This document shows positions 27,209-39,152 of a DNA stretch of 64,000 bases, in pieces. Under the pieces are notes generated by a model. The model made no database searches. It worked only from the letters and a program-made list of their open reading frames with translations, and was not told the DNA's origin. The position numbers and the translations under genes were made by a program. Numbering within the stretch: position 1 is the stretch's first letter; every line of letters begins with the position of its first letter. Source of the DNA: Octopus vulgaris (lineage: Eukaryota); NCBI GenBank assembly GCA_951406725.2, contig OX597820.1, positions 113,522,001 to 113,586,000 of the forward strand, read 5' to 3'.

Positions 27209-27406
27209 AGTTCTATATTTAAGAGATGAGGAATTATGTACATGTATTATTTACATTATTTACATTTGACGGATATTTGTCCTCATCTTGTTTGTTGTCA
27301 ACGCAACGTTTCGACTAATATACCCCCCAGCCTTCATCAGGTATCTCGGGGAAATTTCTAACCCTGGGTTTTCATTCCTAAGGTATTTTTTCAATGTTGC
27401 TGTTGT
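27209..27406 (-). mobile_element. Inverted 3' part of the tRNA-headed hammerhead SINE (hammerhead motif ~27296-27346)
   Basis: Reverse complement of 27540-27654 with an extra ~30-bp internal segment; CTGATGA aggctgg...ttagtc GAAAC GTT. Confidence 0.75.
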
Positions 27407-27418
27407 TCATATGCCCGT

Positions 27419-27489
27419 GGGCATATGGCGTAGTGGTTAAGAGCGCAGGCTACTAACCCCAAGATTTCGAGTTCGATTCGAAGCAGTAA

Positions 27490-27539
<50 letters not shown>

Positions 27540-27654
27540 GCAACAACATCGAAATTTCCCCAAGACACCTGATGAAGGCTGGAGGGTATATTAGCCGAAA
27601 CGTTGCGTTAACAACAAACAAGATGAGGACAAATATCCGTCAAATGTAAATAAT
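27419..27654 (+). mobile_element. tRNA-derived SINE-like element: Pol III head, (AAT)n linker, hammerhead motif (27564-27609) and tail
   Basis: A box tggcgtagtgg, B box gttcgattc; then gacac CTGATGA a GGCTGG agggtata TTAGCC GAAAC GTT gcgtt. Confidence 0.72.
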
Positions 27655-27964
27655 ATAGAAAAACTATTAGTTCTAAATTTCTGAGCGAGAAATATGCAGC
27701 AAAAGTACTCGAGTAAAGTTTATTTGCCAACGTAAAGTGGCAGTTCTGATTAAGAGGAATGTTACTGCTATTTAGCCCCAGGAAAGTACCAATGATTTTG
27801 GGGTTATTTCCCTTCACCAGCACAGAATAATCGCTTGGGATATTTCTCGTTCAGAGATTTAGAACAAAATTTTTTTGTATTTATGAGATCAGTGACTGTG
27901 TGTCATTTTGAAAAGTATATGCTTCGAACTAGAACTAGTGTCACCATCTCTAGCCAAGCGATTA

Positions 27965-28012
27965 ATCTGTGCTGATGAAGAGAAATAACCCAGAAACCAT
28001 TGGTACACAGAT
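27965..28012 (+). ncRNA. Type-I hammerhead motif with a 7-bp stem I
   Basis: atctgtg CTGATGA agagaaataaccca GAAAC CATTG GTA cacagat; a third degenerate copy at 27786-27825 (-) shows stem II as GGG/CCC. Confidence 0.72.
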
Positions 28013-28179
28013 ATTGTTTGACTATGAGAAGATGCTAATGACTGAAAGGAACAATGTTTTCGTTGATTAATCATCATTCCTCTTTTTTCCACTTCGAAGC
28101 AAGACTATGAAAGAAGACAGTGGCTTGTGATTATTTAGCCAGATATATCACAAAATTCTCACGTCCCACTGGTTGTTTT

Positions 28180-28490
28180 AAATAGTTAACACCGAGGATT
28201 ATCTGAGTATTGTGATTCCACGTGTCTATCCTTTGGTACAAATATTATTTCTGATGGTAGCGCAATCTTCCAGGAGGATAATGCGCCGAATTTACACAGC
28301 TAAAGTGGATAGAACTGATGGCAGTTCTATCCACTGCCATCATCACTGAAAGAGCTAAAGCAGGTTTCCCTTAATACTCATTCAGAGCCTGTGTAAACCA
28401 ATTCCTCGACGTATTAAAACAGTAGTTAATGTCAAAGGTTGACCAAATCCATATTCAATTATAAAGGGGGTTTTCCATTATTTTTTCTTA
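28180..28490 (+). mobile_element. Degenerate Tc1-like transposase 3' remnant
   Basis: NTEDYLSI...SAIFQEDNAP (second catalytic D motif, FQ-x-DNAP) and later SIPRRIKTVVNVKG-like sequence. Confidence 0.65.
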
Positions 28491-28599
28491 CTTTTAAATA
28501 TATATAAATACGTATACACTTATACACAAGCACATATATATGTATATATGTATGTTTATATATATATATACATATATATGTGTGTATGTACGTATATAT

Positions 28600-28646
<47 letters not shown>

Positions 28647-28816
28647 CGTGTGTGTGTGTGTATATATATATATATGTATATATATGTGTGTATCTTTTAT
28701 TAAACTTTTAATACTTTTGATATTTATAAAAATAAATAAATAAATAAATGAAAAATTAATTAAAATTAATTAATTAATTAATTAATTAATAAACAAAATA
28801 ATATATAAATATAAAA

Positions 28817-28887
<71 letters not shown>

Positions 28888-29173
28888 ATATATATATTTA
28901 TAATTTATAAGTTTAAATTATTTTAATAATTATTTAATTTTTAACTTTTATATTTTTAAATTAATTTTATGTATTGGCTTATGTTTTTCACTGTTTGATT
29001 TGCCTAATAGTGGTTTTATCTCTAATTTAATATAATATAATATAATATATTTATACTATAAAATTGGATTTAATCCTAAATCTAATTTTTCCCTGTAAGT
29101 TTGGATTTATTCCCTAATATTATTATTACCATATAAAAATTCAATTTAGAAATACTAAATCAAATTTCACAAA

Positions 29174-29230
<57 letters not shown>

Positions 29231-29481
29231 TAGAAAAAAAAACACCTTTTATCAATTTAAAATGAACAATTAAATTACACCATCTAGAAAATTACATATA
29301 ATAGAAATATTAAAATTAAAATAATAATATACCAAAGATTAAGTAAATTGCAAAAAAAATAATAATAACGTATATATTTGGTAGCAGTGCTGGAGCATTA
29401 CCTTAAGTGGTTTTAGTCGAATAAATCGAACCAGGAGTTATTCTTTGTAAACCTAGAGATTAACCTATTGGTCTATGTGTG

Positions 29482-29536
<55 letters not shown>

Positions 29537-29538
<2 letters not shown>

Positions 29539-30265
29539 TTTGTGTTATATTGCCTTTCAAATGCTGTGTCTTTACTGTGATCTCCTTTTTTGTAGAAGAA
29601 ATAGCTATAATCTCTTTGACTGCTATTTCTAAATTCGGTGTGCGGTAAGGCAATTCGTTGCTAAACCCTTAATTGCTTAGTATTACTTACATTTTCCTCG
29701 AATGAGGCTTTTACATGCCGAAGACTACTTGGTGTAATTGATAATTATTCCAAATTAATTAATTTCACCCTTCATTGTTACTCATAACCATATTCATCCC
29801 AGTAAATGACCACAGCACTTTGTCTTGGCTACACGCGGGTGGGAAGGGACTGGTGACACAAGCTTTCATTCATACTTTGAATTTGGTGATACTAGCTGTG
29901 GCTTCTAGCTCGCTCTGATACTGAGTTGAGTTGGTGCCTTCTAGTATCTCAAAATTCAATATTCAATCATTCATGATTGTTTGTATCCTGCGCTGATGAG
30001 AGAAGAAGTCTGGGTAAGGTAGAATTATCTAATTCTTATGCTTTCCTAAGACTTGATCTCGAAACGTACGTCCGTAGGTGACTTAAAACTGTATGATAGA
30101 TTGCCGTTAATTCATTCTCTCTTACCTGTTTGTGTTTGCCTTTCAAATGCTGTGTCTTTACTGTGATCTCCCTTTTAGTAGAAGAAATAGCTATAATCTC
30201 TTTGACTGCTATTTCTAAATTCGGTGTGCGGTAAGGCAATTCGTTGCTAAACCCTTAATTGCTTA

Positions 30266-30269
<4 letters not shown>
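29537..30269 (+). mobile_element. Terminally redundant 586-bp non-coding unit embedded in (TA)n and carrying a canonical hammerhead (retrozyme/pLTR-like)
   Basis: ~135-bp direct repeat at 29550-29683 and 30136-30269; (TA)n directly on both sides. Confidence 0.75.
29987..30078 (+). ncRNA. Canonical type-I hammerhead ribozyme motif
   Basis: cctgcg CTGATGA GAGA ag AAGTCT...AGACTT ga TCTC GAAAC GTAC GTC cgtagg; 6-bp stem I, long stem II, palindromic ACGTACGT stem III, GUC site at 30070-30072. Confidence 0.88.
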
Positions 30270-30328
<59 letters not shown>

Positions 30329-30353
30329 CACATATACACACGCACTCACACAT

Positions 30354-30739
30354 TTCTTTTTACTTGTTTCAGTCATTTGACTGTGGCCATGCTGGAGCAC
30401 CGCCTTTAGTCGAGCAAATCGACCCCGGGACATATTCTTTGTAAGCCCAGTACTTATTCTATCGGTCTCTTTTGCCGAACCGCTAAGTGACAGGGACGTA
30501 AGCACACCAGCATCGGTTGTCAAGCAATGCTAGGGGGACAAACACATACACACATACATATATATATACATATATACGACAGGCTTCTTTCAGTTTCCGT
30601 CTACCAAATCCACTCACAAGGCATTGGTCGGCCCGGGACTATAGCAGAAGACACTTGCCCAAGATGCCACGCAGTGGGACTGAACCTGAAACCATGTGGT
30701 TGGTTAGCAAGCTACTTACCACACAGCCACTCCTGCGCC
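30354..30739 (-). mobile_element. Full-length SINE family B (bipartite, with an internal microsatellite)
   Basis: Near-identical reverse complement of 61999-62390. Confidence 0.92.
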
Positions 30740-30751
30740 ATATATACACAT

Positions 30752-31162
30752 ATACACTGAGTCATTTCATAAATAAGCGGTTTTTTTCAATTGCATGAAC
30801 TAAAAGTTGGAGGGGGACAAGATAAACTACCTGCATCAACTTGCTATAAAAGCAGGTAGTAATTTTACCTTGTACTTATTCTTAGTGCAAGTTTTGAAGA
30901 GTACGGTTAGATTTTAACAGTTATTTTTTTCAAAGCTACAATGGAAGTGACAAAGGAGCATATTCGGCATATTTTGCTTTATGAGTTCGATAAAGGCAAC
31001 AACGCAACGGAACGTGCGATGAATATTAATGCAGCATATGGAGATCGAACAATAAGCATAAGCTAGTGTCAACGGTGGTTCCAGAAATTTCGAACCGGAA
31101 ACTAAAGTCTAGAAGACGAGACTCGTCCTGGAAGATCTGTAGAGCTCGACGAGGACGTCCAG
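30752..31162 (+). mobile_element. mariner-like element 5' fragment (N-terminal HTH)
   Basis: From 30941: MEVTKEHIRHILLYEFDKGNNATE...CQRWFQKFRTGN*SLEDETRPGR. Confidence 0.88.
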
Positions 31163-31349
31163 GCATATAGATGTGTGCGTACGTGCGAGTATGTGCGTAT
31201 ATAGACGTGTTTTACTCTTTGCTTATTTTTATACGCCCTTACACCTTTCTTTCTGTATTGTTACCCTTAGCCCTGTTTTTTTCTTGTGCTTGTGCGTATA
31301 TAGACGTGTGTATGAACTTTTTTGGTGCGTGCGTGCGTGTGTGTAGGAT

Positions 31350-31450
<101 letters not shown>

Positions 31451-31720
31451 ACGAATGGTGCGGGTGAGAATGTGTACGTTTCAAGTGAGGGTGGATGAAT
31501 GTATACTTTTAGGCGCATGTACGTGGGTTTGCGGGCGCGCATGTGTATGTATGGACATGCGCGCTTACGCGAATACTATGGACTTATTTATCCCCTTACT
31601 TTTACTCCTTCCCCTCACTTAGCGGTCATTCAAATACCTCTTTTTTCTTAATAACGGTCGATCACATAGTAATTTCCTTTTGTATTACGGTCATTTTCAC
31701 AGCATTGTTTCCGACGGCCG

Positions 31721-31781
31721 GGTAACTGAAGAGATGGCGGCGTTGATTTCCATCCCGGCATCCGAAACTCGGAGTTTTATC
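31721..31781 (+). ncRNA. Type-I hammerhead motif
   Basis: ggtaa CTGAAGA GATG...CATC c GAAAC TC g GA GTT ttatc; near (TA)n at 31817. Confidence 0.7.
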
Positions 31782-31813
31782 ATGGCTACTGAATAATTGT
31801 CACATATTGCATT

Positions 31814-31868
<55 letters not shown>

Positions 31869-31891
31869 GTATAAATGAAAGAGAAAGCTGC

Positions 31892-31928
<37 letters not shown>

Positions 31929-32133
31929 TAGAAGTATATATTACTGCTTTCCTACCCCTCTCTAATTTTCTCTCCCTTCCCTCTGTCCATTCATCCCCAC
32001 TCAATCCAACCCCTCTTCATCCCACTTTCCTCCCCCTCCCCGATCTTTTTCTCTGTTTTCCTATTGTCTACCGTTGTATCCACCATTCATTCATTAAGTT
32101 TAAGTGTGTGTGTGTGTGCGTGTGTGTGTGTGC

Positions 32134-32237
<104 letters not shown>

Positions 32238-32632
32238 CAGATTATGTCTCTCTTTGTCAGCTCAGCAATGTGTTAAATTTTCTCTGTCCAGCTTAATTTA
32301 TTTAAAGACGTAAACGTATCCAGCTCAACTAGTTCCCTCTGCTGGAGAACACTAATGAGGACATTTAAATGCAAAATGATGCGACTGATTTCCCCTTCTC
32401 TACCATACCACCGTATCGAGTTCAAGTTGCTTGAGGCTGGACTAACAACTGTGAAGGAGTTGCAATTCAAGAGTAACGGATAGAGATAGGGACTTAAAGA
32501 GAAATGGCGGGTGGCAATGGTGAACTGGTTGGAGTAAAAGCGTATGGGGGGGGTATAGGAAGTGAAGGAGAAAGGATTTTATTTTTAGCTTATTTGTTTT
32601 TATCTTTTATGCTTTATATTCTTTCTTGTAAG

Positions 32633-32863
32633 GGCGGCGAGCTGGCAGAATTGTTAGCACGTCGGACGAAATGCTTAGCAGTATTTCGTCTGCCGTTACG
32701 TTCTGAGTTCAAATTCCACCGAGGTCGACTTTGCCTTTCATCCTTTCGGTGTCGATAAATTAAGTACCAGTTACGCACTGGGGTCGATGTAATCGACTTA
32801 ATCCGCTTGTCTGTCTTTGTTTGCCCCCTCTGTGTTTAGCCCCTTGTGGGTAGTAAAGAAATA
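32633..32863 (+). mobile_element. Full-length SINE family A
   Basis: ggcggcgagctggcagaa...gagttcaaattc...gtcgactttgcctttcatcctttcgg...gtaccagttacgcactggggtcgat; near-identical copies at 50633 and 60896. Confidence 0.92.
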
Positions 32864-32869
32864 TATATT

Positions 32870-33095
32870 CTTTGTTGTTTCAGTCGTGAGACTACGGCCA
32901 TGCTGGGGCACCAGCTTGAAGAATTTTTAGCCGAATGAATCGATCCGATCCCAGTACTCTTTTGGTTGCTTCCCAGCCTGGTACTTAATTTACCGGTGTC
33001 TTTTGCCGAACCGCTAGTTTACGGGTCGTAAACACACCAATGCCGGTTGTCAAGCGGCGATGACTGGACAAACACAGGCACAAACATACACGCAC
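32870..33095 (-). mobile_element. SINE family B, 3' half
   Basis: ggccatgctgg...ttttgccgaaccgcta...ccggttgtcaagc. Confidence 0.8.
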
Positions 33096-33107
33096 ACACA
33101 TATGTAA

Positions 33108-33169
<62 letters not shown>

Positions 33170-33238
33170 ATATAAATATATATATATATATATAAATATA
33201 TATATATATTCACACACACACAAACAATACATACATAT

Positions 33239-33305
<67 letters not shown>

Positions 33306-33416
33306 TATATACATACATATATATATATCAAGGGTTGAACAGAAAGGATACAAGGAGAAAAGTTAGACGAAAGCAGAGTAAACGGGAAAGTAGATCACTT
33401 TTTACTTTATATATAT

Positions 33417-33803
33417 TCTTTTATTCTTTTACTGGTTTCAGGCATTTGACTGCGGCCATGCTGGAGCACCGCTTGTAGTCGGGCAAATCAACCCCAGGAC
33501 TTATTCTTTGTAAGCCTAGTACCTATTCTATCGTCCGCCTTTGCCGAACCGCTATGTTACGGGGGACGTAATCACACTAGCATCGGTTGTCAACGATGTT
33601 GGGGTAACAAACACAGACACACAAACATATACATTTTTATATATTAATATATATATATATACACGGCGAGCTTCTTTCAGTTTCCATCTACCAAATCCAC
33701 TTACAGGGTTTTGGTCGGCTCGAGGCTATAGTAGAAAGCATTTACCCAGGGTGCCACTCAGTGGGACTTAACCCGGAACCATGTGATTGGTAAGCAAGCT
33801 GCT
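33417..33803 (-). mobile_element. SINE family B, nearly full length
   Basis: Colinear with 30354-30739. Confidence 0.9.
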
Positions 33804-33983
33804 TTATTTCATAAAAATTTGCCATAAAGGTATTACAAAGAGTAGCTGCGGGCTGGACATATACATTGATGAGGTGAATGATGAAATAAGGATGATATTG
33901 ATGAGAGAAGGCAAAAGCGCCCGCCGATTTTCTTCTTCTCTAAAACATTGTTCTCTTTTTTTTTTTTTAACAGAACAAACAAA

Positions 33984-34024
<41 letters not shown>

Positions 34025-34699
34025 TGTGTGTGTGAGAGAGAGAGAGAAAGAGAGAGAATGGGTGTGTGCGCGCGCGTGTGTGTGCGCGCGCGTGTGTGTG
34101 TGCGCGCGCGTGTGTGTGTGCGCGCGCGTGTGTGTGTGCGCGCGCGTGTGTGTGTTCTCTTCTGTTTTTATTTGAAATCTTACTTTGAGGAAGGTGCTGG
34201 TTTCTAGCAAAAATACAAAGCTCAGTCTTTGCAATGTAGATAACAAAAACAAATTAAACTTGAGAAAAGTCTTGCATAGTTCCATTTACAGATATTATTA
34301 TTTTTTTTTTTTGTATTTTACGAATTAGCTGGTTGTTTTCTTTTCCTGAAAACGCTAGCTTATCCAGATTGTCACCTTGGCTTTAATGACAAAAACCAAA
34401 AACACAAATTACTTTAAAAGTGAATTTATAATCTGGATATAGAAGCTGGAACTTTCAAAGCAGTTCCTTGTGGTTATCCTGTCGCTCTTTGGTTTTCGAA
34501 AAGATATTCACATCAGTGGGGCAGCTGACCTCTATGACGGGACACGTTTTTTTCTTGTTTATCCCAAAAACCAATATCCAACCTCTCGTTTACACTCGGC
34601 AGAAATTTGGATGAGAATATTCCACCAATATTCCCTGCTTGATGCTTGTGTATATATTTAATAACAAAGGGACTCTCTATATTTATTCCATGACAGTCT

Positions 34700-35470
34700 T
34701 TTTTTTTTTTTTAATGGCATTGTTTTAGCGACATCACGTCACAATGGGAAGCAGTACCTTCATGACATTTTTGGGCAGCTGCTAATCGTATGTGTGGTGT
34801 CCTCTGCAGAAATAAGTAATCTACATTTTCGGTTGTATTTTGGGGGCCCCAGGGGTTTCACAGTCTCTTTTGTTTATACGGCATTTCGTAGCCATCTCCT
34901 TTTCTTGGATTGCAAATGAATTGCCTTCGAAGTATAATATGATGAAGCGGTCACGAATCCATTACGGCCTTCTTTTAGTCTTTGGGAAACATACCTATGC
35001 ATAGATTTTTAGAGCTTTTTTTTATGTCTAGTATGCTGAGCGTTTCACATCCAGATCTTCTCCGAGGTACGTCAGTCCAGGTTTTTGAGAGTTGTATGAG
35101 AAGTCATCCGGAAGAGAGTGCTTCCTGAAAAGCTCACAGTCGACTCGTAGAATGCTGTCCTATTCGCTTTTCAGCACTAAGCTACTGTATTTTGCTGCTT
35201 TTGTTTAACAGGTGCTGTCTGAGAAAGACTATACGACATTCGAAGTCTGTCTGCACTAACATCAAGCCTTTGCCTTAATTTTTCCTTAGATAGAGCCTGT
35301 CGATATCACTATTTCTGTAGAAGTTTCCAGTTGATGTCAAGAATGTTTATAAAGTAGATTTCCTCTATAGACCAGTCATGTTGGAATCAACGCTGGTACT
35401 GAAAATGCATTGTGGGATAGTGTCTTGTAGTAAGAAGATAGTCCTGACTACCATATTTTTGGTGTGATTT
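34700..35470 (-). mobile_element. Very degenerate APE-type LINE ORF2 fragment (endonuclease end plus linker)
   Basis: Minus-strand fragments PKIW..QDYLL...DSN and DIKKALKIYA*VCFPKTKRRP*WI; weak and frameshifted. Confidence 0.35.
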
Positions 35471-36409
35471 TCTTGGGTCTATCTTTATTCACAGGATCTT
35501 CGTATGTATGTATGTATGCATGTATGCATGTATGTATGTATGTATGTATGTATGTATGTGTGTATGTATGTATGTATGTATGTACGCAAATATGAACAGA
35601 GAGAGGTGGGAATGATAGAGAATATAGTTAGCGAGAAAGAGAGAAAGAGAAAGATTTAGTAGACTATTGGTGGTTGTGATTCGTGAAGAGATTAGAGAGA
35701 AATCCTTAGATTTTAAATGAAGACAACAGCAAATGTGTAAAGCAATGAGGCAGACATGGATCGAGTGAGGCGGGATGAAGCAAAGAGAATCGGAGTGAAA
35801 TGTAGAGAAGTAAGTATAATGAAGATGGGACTGAAAAAAGTGAAGCTAACAGCGAAAGAATGGGGTGAGAGACGGAAAGATTGAGATAGAAGCGGATAGA
35901 AAGGAGGAAATTAAGAACATTTGGGATGAAATGAAATGTGTAAATGGAAAGAGGATAGAGATGTAAATATGGTTGAATGAAACAGAGAACGGTGGAAGGA
36001 AGCGAACTGGAGAGACACGAAATAAAGTTAAATGAGGCGGAGTGGTGATAAGGAGAGAGAAGTGTAACCAAGGTCGTTAAGGAGCGAACGGTGCAATAGA
36101 GAAGAAAGAAATGTGATTGATAAAGCTGGACCAAGTGGGACGAAGTATAACGAAATTAGACGGAGTGGTACGGAATAGGAACAGTATGACATGGAATAAT
36201 GATATGGTGATTTGTTGACAAGAATAAATTTTATGCAATTTTTTAAGGTGTCTGCCTCAGTGATTTAGTTAATTAGACTGTAATTAGATTTTGAGAGAAG
36301 ATATGAGAAAGGTGACATCGGTGTACAGAATATTGTTGGTAGTGGTTAGGGTGTGGGTGATGGTAAGAGATGTTAGCGGTGGGTGAAAGTTGTTGGAATG
36401 ATAGCTTTT

Positions 36410-37000
36410 GCGGTGGTGGCTGTGGTGGTGGTGGTGGTGATTGTGGTGGTGGCGGTGGTGGTGGTAGTGGTGGTGGTGGTGGTGGTGGTGGTGGTGGTGG
36501 TGGTGGTGGTGGTGGTGGTGTGGTGGTGGTGGTAGTGGTGGTGGTGATTGTGGTGGTGGCGGTGGTGGTGGTGGTGGTGGTGGTGGTGGTGGTGGTGGTG
36601 GTGGTGGTGGTGGTGGTGGTGGTGGTGGTGGTGGTGGTGGTTGTGGTGGTGGCGGTGGTGGTGGTGGTGGTGGTGGTGGTGGTGGCGGCGGCGGTGGTGG
36701 CTTTAGTAGTAGTGGTGATTGTGATGATGATTATAGTAATGGTGGAGGTGTAGATGTTGATTTTGTTTGAAGCGCCGGCGATGGTAATGTCAGCGTTGGC
36801 GGCTGCGGCGATGGTGGTGGTGAAGGAGGTGAAGGTGATGGTGGTGGTGGTGGTCGTCGTCGTCGTGGTAGAAGTGGTGGTTCTGGTGATGTTAGCGTTG
36901 GCGGCGGCAGCGGTTGTTGTTGTGGTGGTGGTGGTGGTGGCAATGTTGGTGGGGTGGGGCAACGGCGGTCATGACGTTAGTAGTGGGGGTGGGGTGGTGA
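36410..37000. repeat. (GGT)n-rich trinucleotide array
   Basis: Direct reading; source of the poly-G/V/T/P ORFs. Confidence 0.95.
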
Positions 37001-37224
37001 TTATGATAGTGGTGATTAGAGTTTTAGTAAGTCTTAGTGATTACAAAAGAGGGACGTTGTGTAAATTCTGAAGTGCAGAAAACATGGACCATTATGTGTG
37101 GGGAAAGGTTGCCTCTTACCAACGTCCTTAGCAATGCTTAAGGGTATTCTCGAGTGTGTGAACTATTAAAAGAGCAGTGACAACAGTAACAACAACATCA
37201 AGGAGAGATCCTCTACGTCAATGA

Positions 37225-37420
37225 ATCCCAGTCCTTTTGCTCTTGTGGAACTGGACGGTGCTCCAGTCCACTCAGTCGTAAATGGGTTCCAGTAATATCC
37301 AGAACCTATAACAGACCAGCGCTCCATTCATGGGCGACTGGGTTGCAATCTCAGTCTCTTATACGCCATAGAAGCCGGGTTAAGCTCTGGCCTTATGAAC
37401 CATAGGGCTCATGACAGATT
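37225..37420 (+). mobile_element. Diverged SINE body fragment
   Basis: gctccagtccactcag...taaatggg is shared with the 19680-19920 element. Confidence 0.4.
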
Positions 37421-38348
37421 TCAATCATAACACTATGTAACAAAATTTTTATTTTATTTTTTTGTCTTAGGCCAATAAGTGTTACTTCCTATTTACTTCT
37501 ATCTAGAAATCAAAGGAAATGGCTACTATTCCTTTCAAACTTTGCTTCTGTAACTTGGACATCAATGTTTTGAAACTGACCAATTTTCCATTACATTTCA
37601 GATTCAGCACTGAGTTGCTGAAGCAGAAATATCGTTATAGCAAATATTCTGCTCAATACCACAGATTTTCTTGTCGGTTGCTTGATCTTAACTACTTGAG
37701 CATGTCCCTTAGTGGCTGACAATATGTACATCTCTGATGATGAGCAGGAGTAGTGGGGGGGCACCATAGCTATGTGTTGAGAGGGATTCTTGGAGGTTTG
37801 AATAAATGTAGCCACAGCTAAGTTTGAAGGAAATATCAGCCATTCTTCATAGTTTCTAATGATAAGCAAAAATGAAATAACGGTTGCTACTCAAGGACCA
37901 AAATCGTGTTGCACAGTATAAATCGTCGATCCCGAGAATTGTATGGAGGCTGCTGTCTTTCCTCTTCTGTCTCAGTTACAAGATCCAATATCGAAAAGCA
38001 AATGGTAAATATTACTTACGTAAGCTACAAGAACAAGAGCATGGAAACAAGAAACGACAAAGATTTTTCTACAATGTAACTTGTCCAGCTCAGTGTGTAA
38101 ACATGTAGCGAATATCATTAAACGAACTCTTCACTGATTGAGTAGTTCAATAAACCCTTAGTAATTTAAACTGAAAGAAGTGAGTGACTACATTATTTTT
38201 CTAACGCAGTTGTTCACAACTGGGACCCATTTAAGATTTTGTTGATAAAATTTATGTGCAATCAATTACTTATACTTCTACAATACACGAAATCTTTTAA
38301 CAATTTCTTTTATTCAATTCCCAATAATGTTTGCTTATAAAGATTTTG

Positions 38349-39152
38349 GGATCTTTTCGGTTTGACCGGCAGTTTTTTAAAATAGTTTCTATGTAACTAA
38401 ACACTTTTAAACTTCGTATACTGGTAGAATGTGTTTATGAAACATCATTTTCTCTTGGCTTTATTGAGAAAATTTTGTAGTTTGTAAGATATTTGTAAGA
38501 TATTGTCTTCAATTTTGGCAATTTCAACCAATCAATGACGTCTATTGAGGTGAAAACATTATCTGCCGTAAAATTTTCTGGCGGTGAAATATGAAAATGT
38601 CCCTCGTTTAGAAACAGATTGGATTTATTTACATTTCTGAAGAAAAAAAAGATACCTTTCCCCCACCCACCCACCCTACCCCTAACCCTAACCTAAACCC
38701 TAACCCTAACCTTAACCCTAACCCTAACCCAACCCCTAACCCTAAAACAGATTGAAATGCAATAGATCGATACAAGGGCCATAATTATGGGTGGACACTA
38801 AAGAGGGAACGGTTTTGTTATCCAGCTCTGTTTACGAGTGACTCCTCAGTTTATGGCCATAGGGTATCTTTTTTCTCATAAATAACAGGGACAATTTTAT
38901 ATGACACTGGAAATAATTGTTGTTGATACATTATGGCAGAAATCGTTTTCACCTCAATAGACGTCATTGATTGGTTGAAATTGCCGAAATGCAAGAAATT
39001 AAAGACCAAATATCTTACAAACTATAGAATTTTCTCAAGAAAGCCAAGACAAAAGATGTTTTATAAACACATTCTACCAGTATACGAAGTTTAAAATTTT
39101 TTAGTTACATAGAAATTATTTTTAAAAACTGCCGTTCAAACCGAAAAGATCC
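38349..39152. mobile_element. MITE-like non-autonomous DNA element with ~220-bp terminal inverted repeats and internal telomere-like repeats
   Basis: ggatcttttcggtttga... (38349-38571) versus ...tcaaaccgaaaagatcc (38931-39152). Confidence 0.88.
38674..38745. repeat. Interstitial degenerate (CCCTAA)n tract
   Basis: About 12 ccctaa-like hexamers. Confidence 0.9.

Noticed and set aside
27419-27495. Functional tRNA gene
   Set aside because: Acceptor and T stems pair poorly, there is no oligo-T terminator, and it runs into (AAT)n and a repeat body; treated as a SINE head
37540-37860. Possible exon after tttcag at ~37601
   Set aside because: No credible donor or protein motif; more likely an unclassified interspersed repeat
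38674-38745. True telomere or chromosome-fusion scar
   Set aside because: Short, degenerate, single orientation, and enclosed within a TIR element
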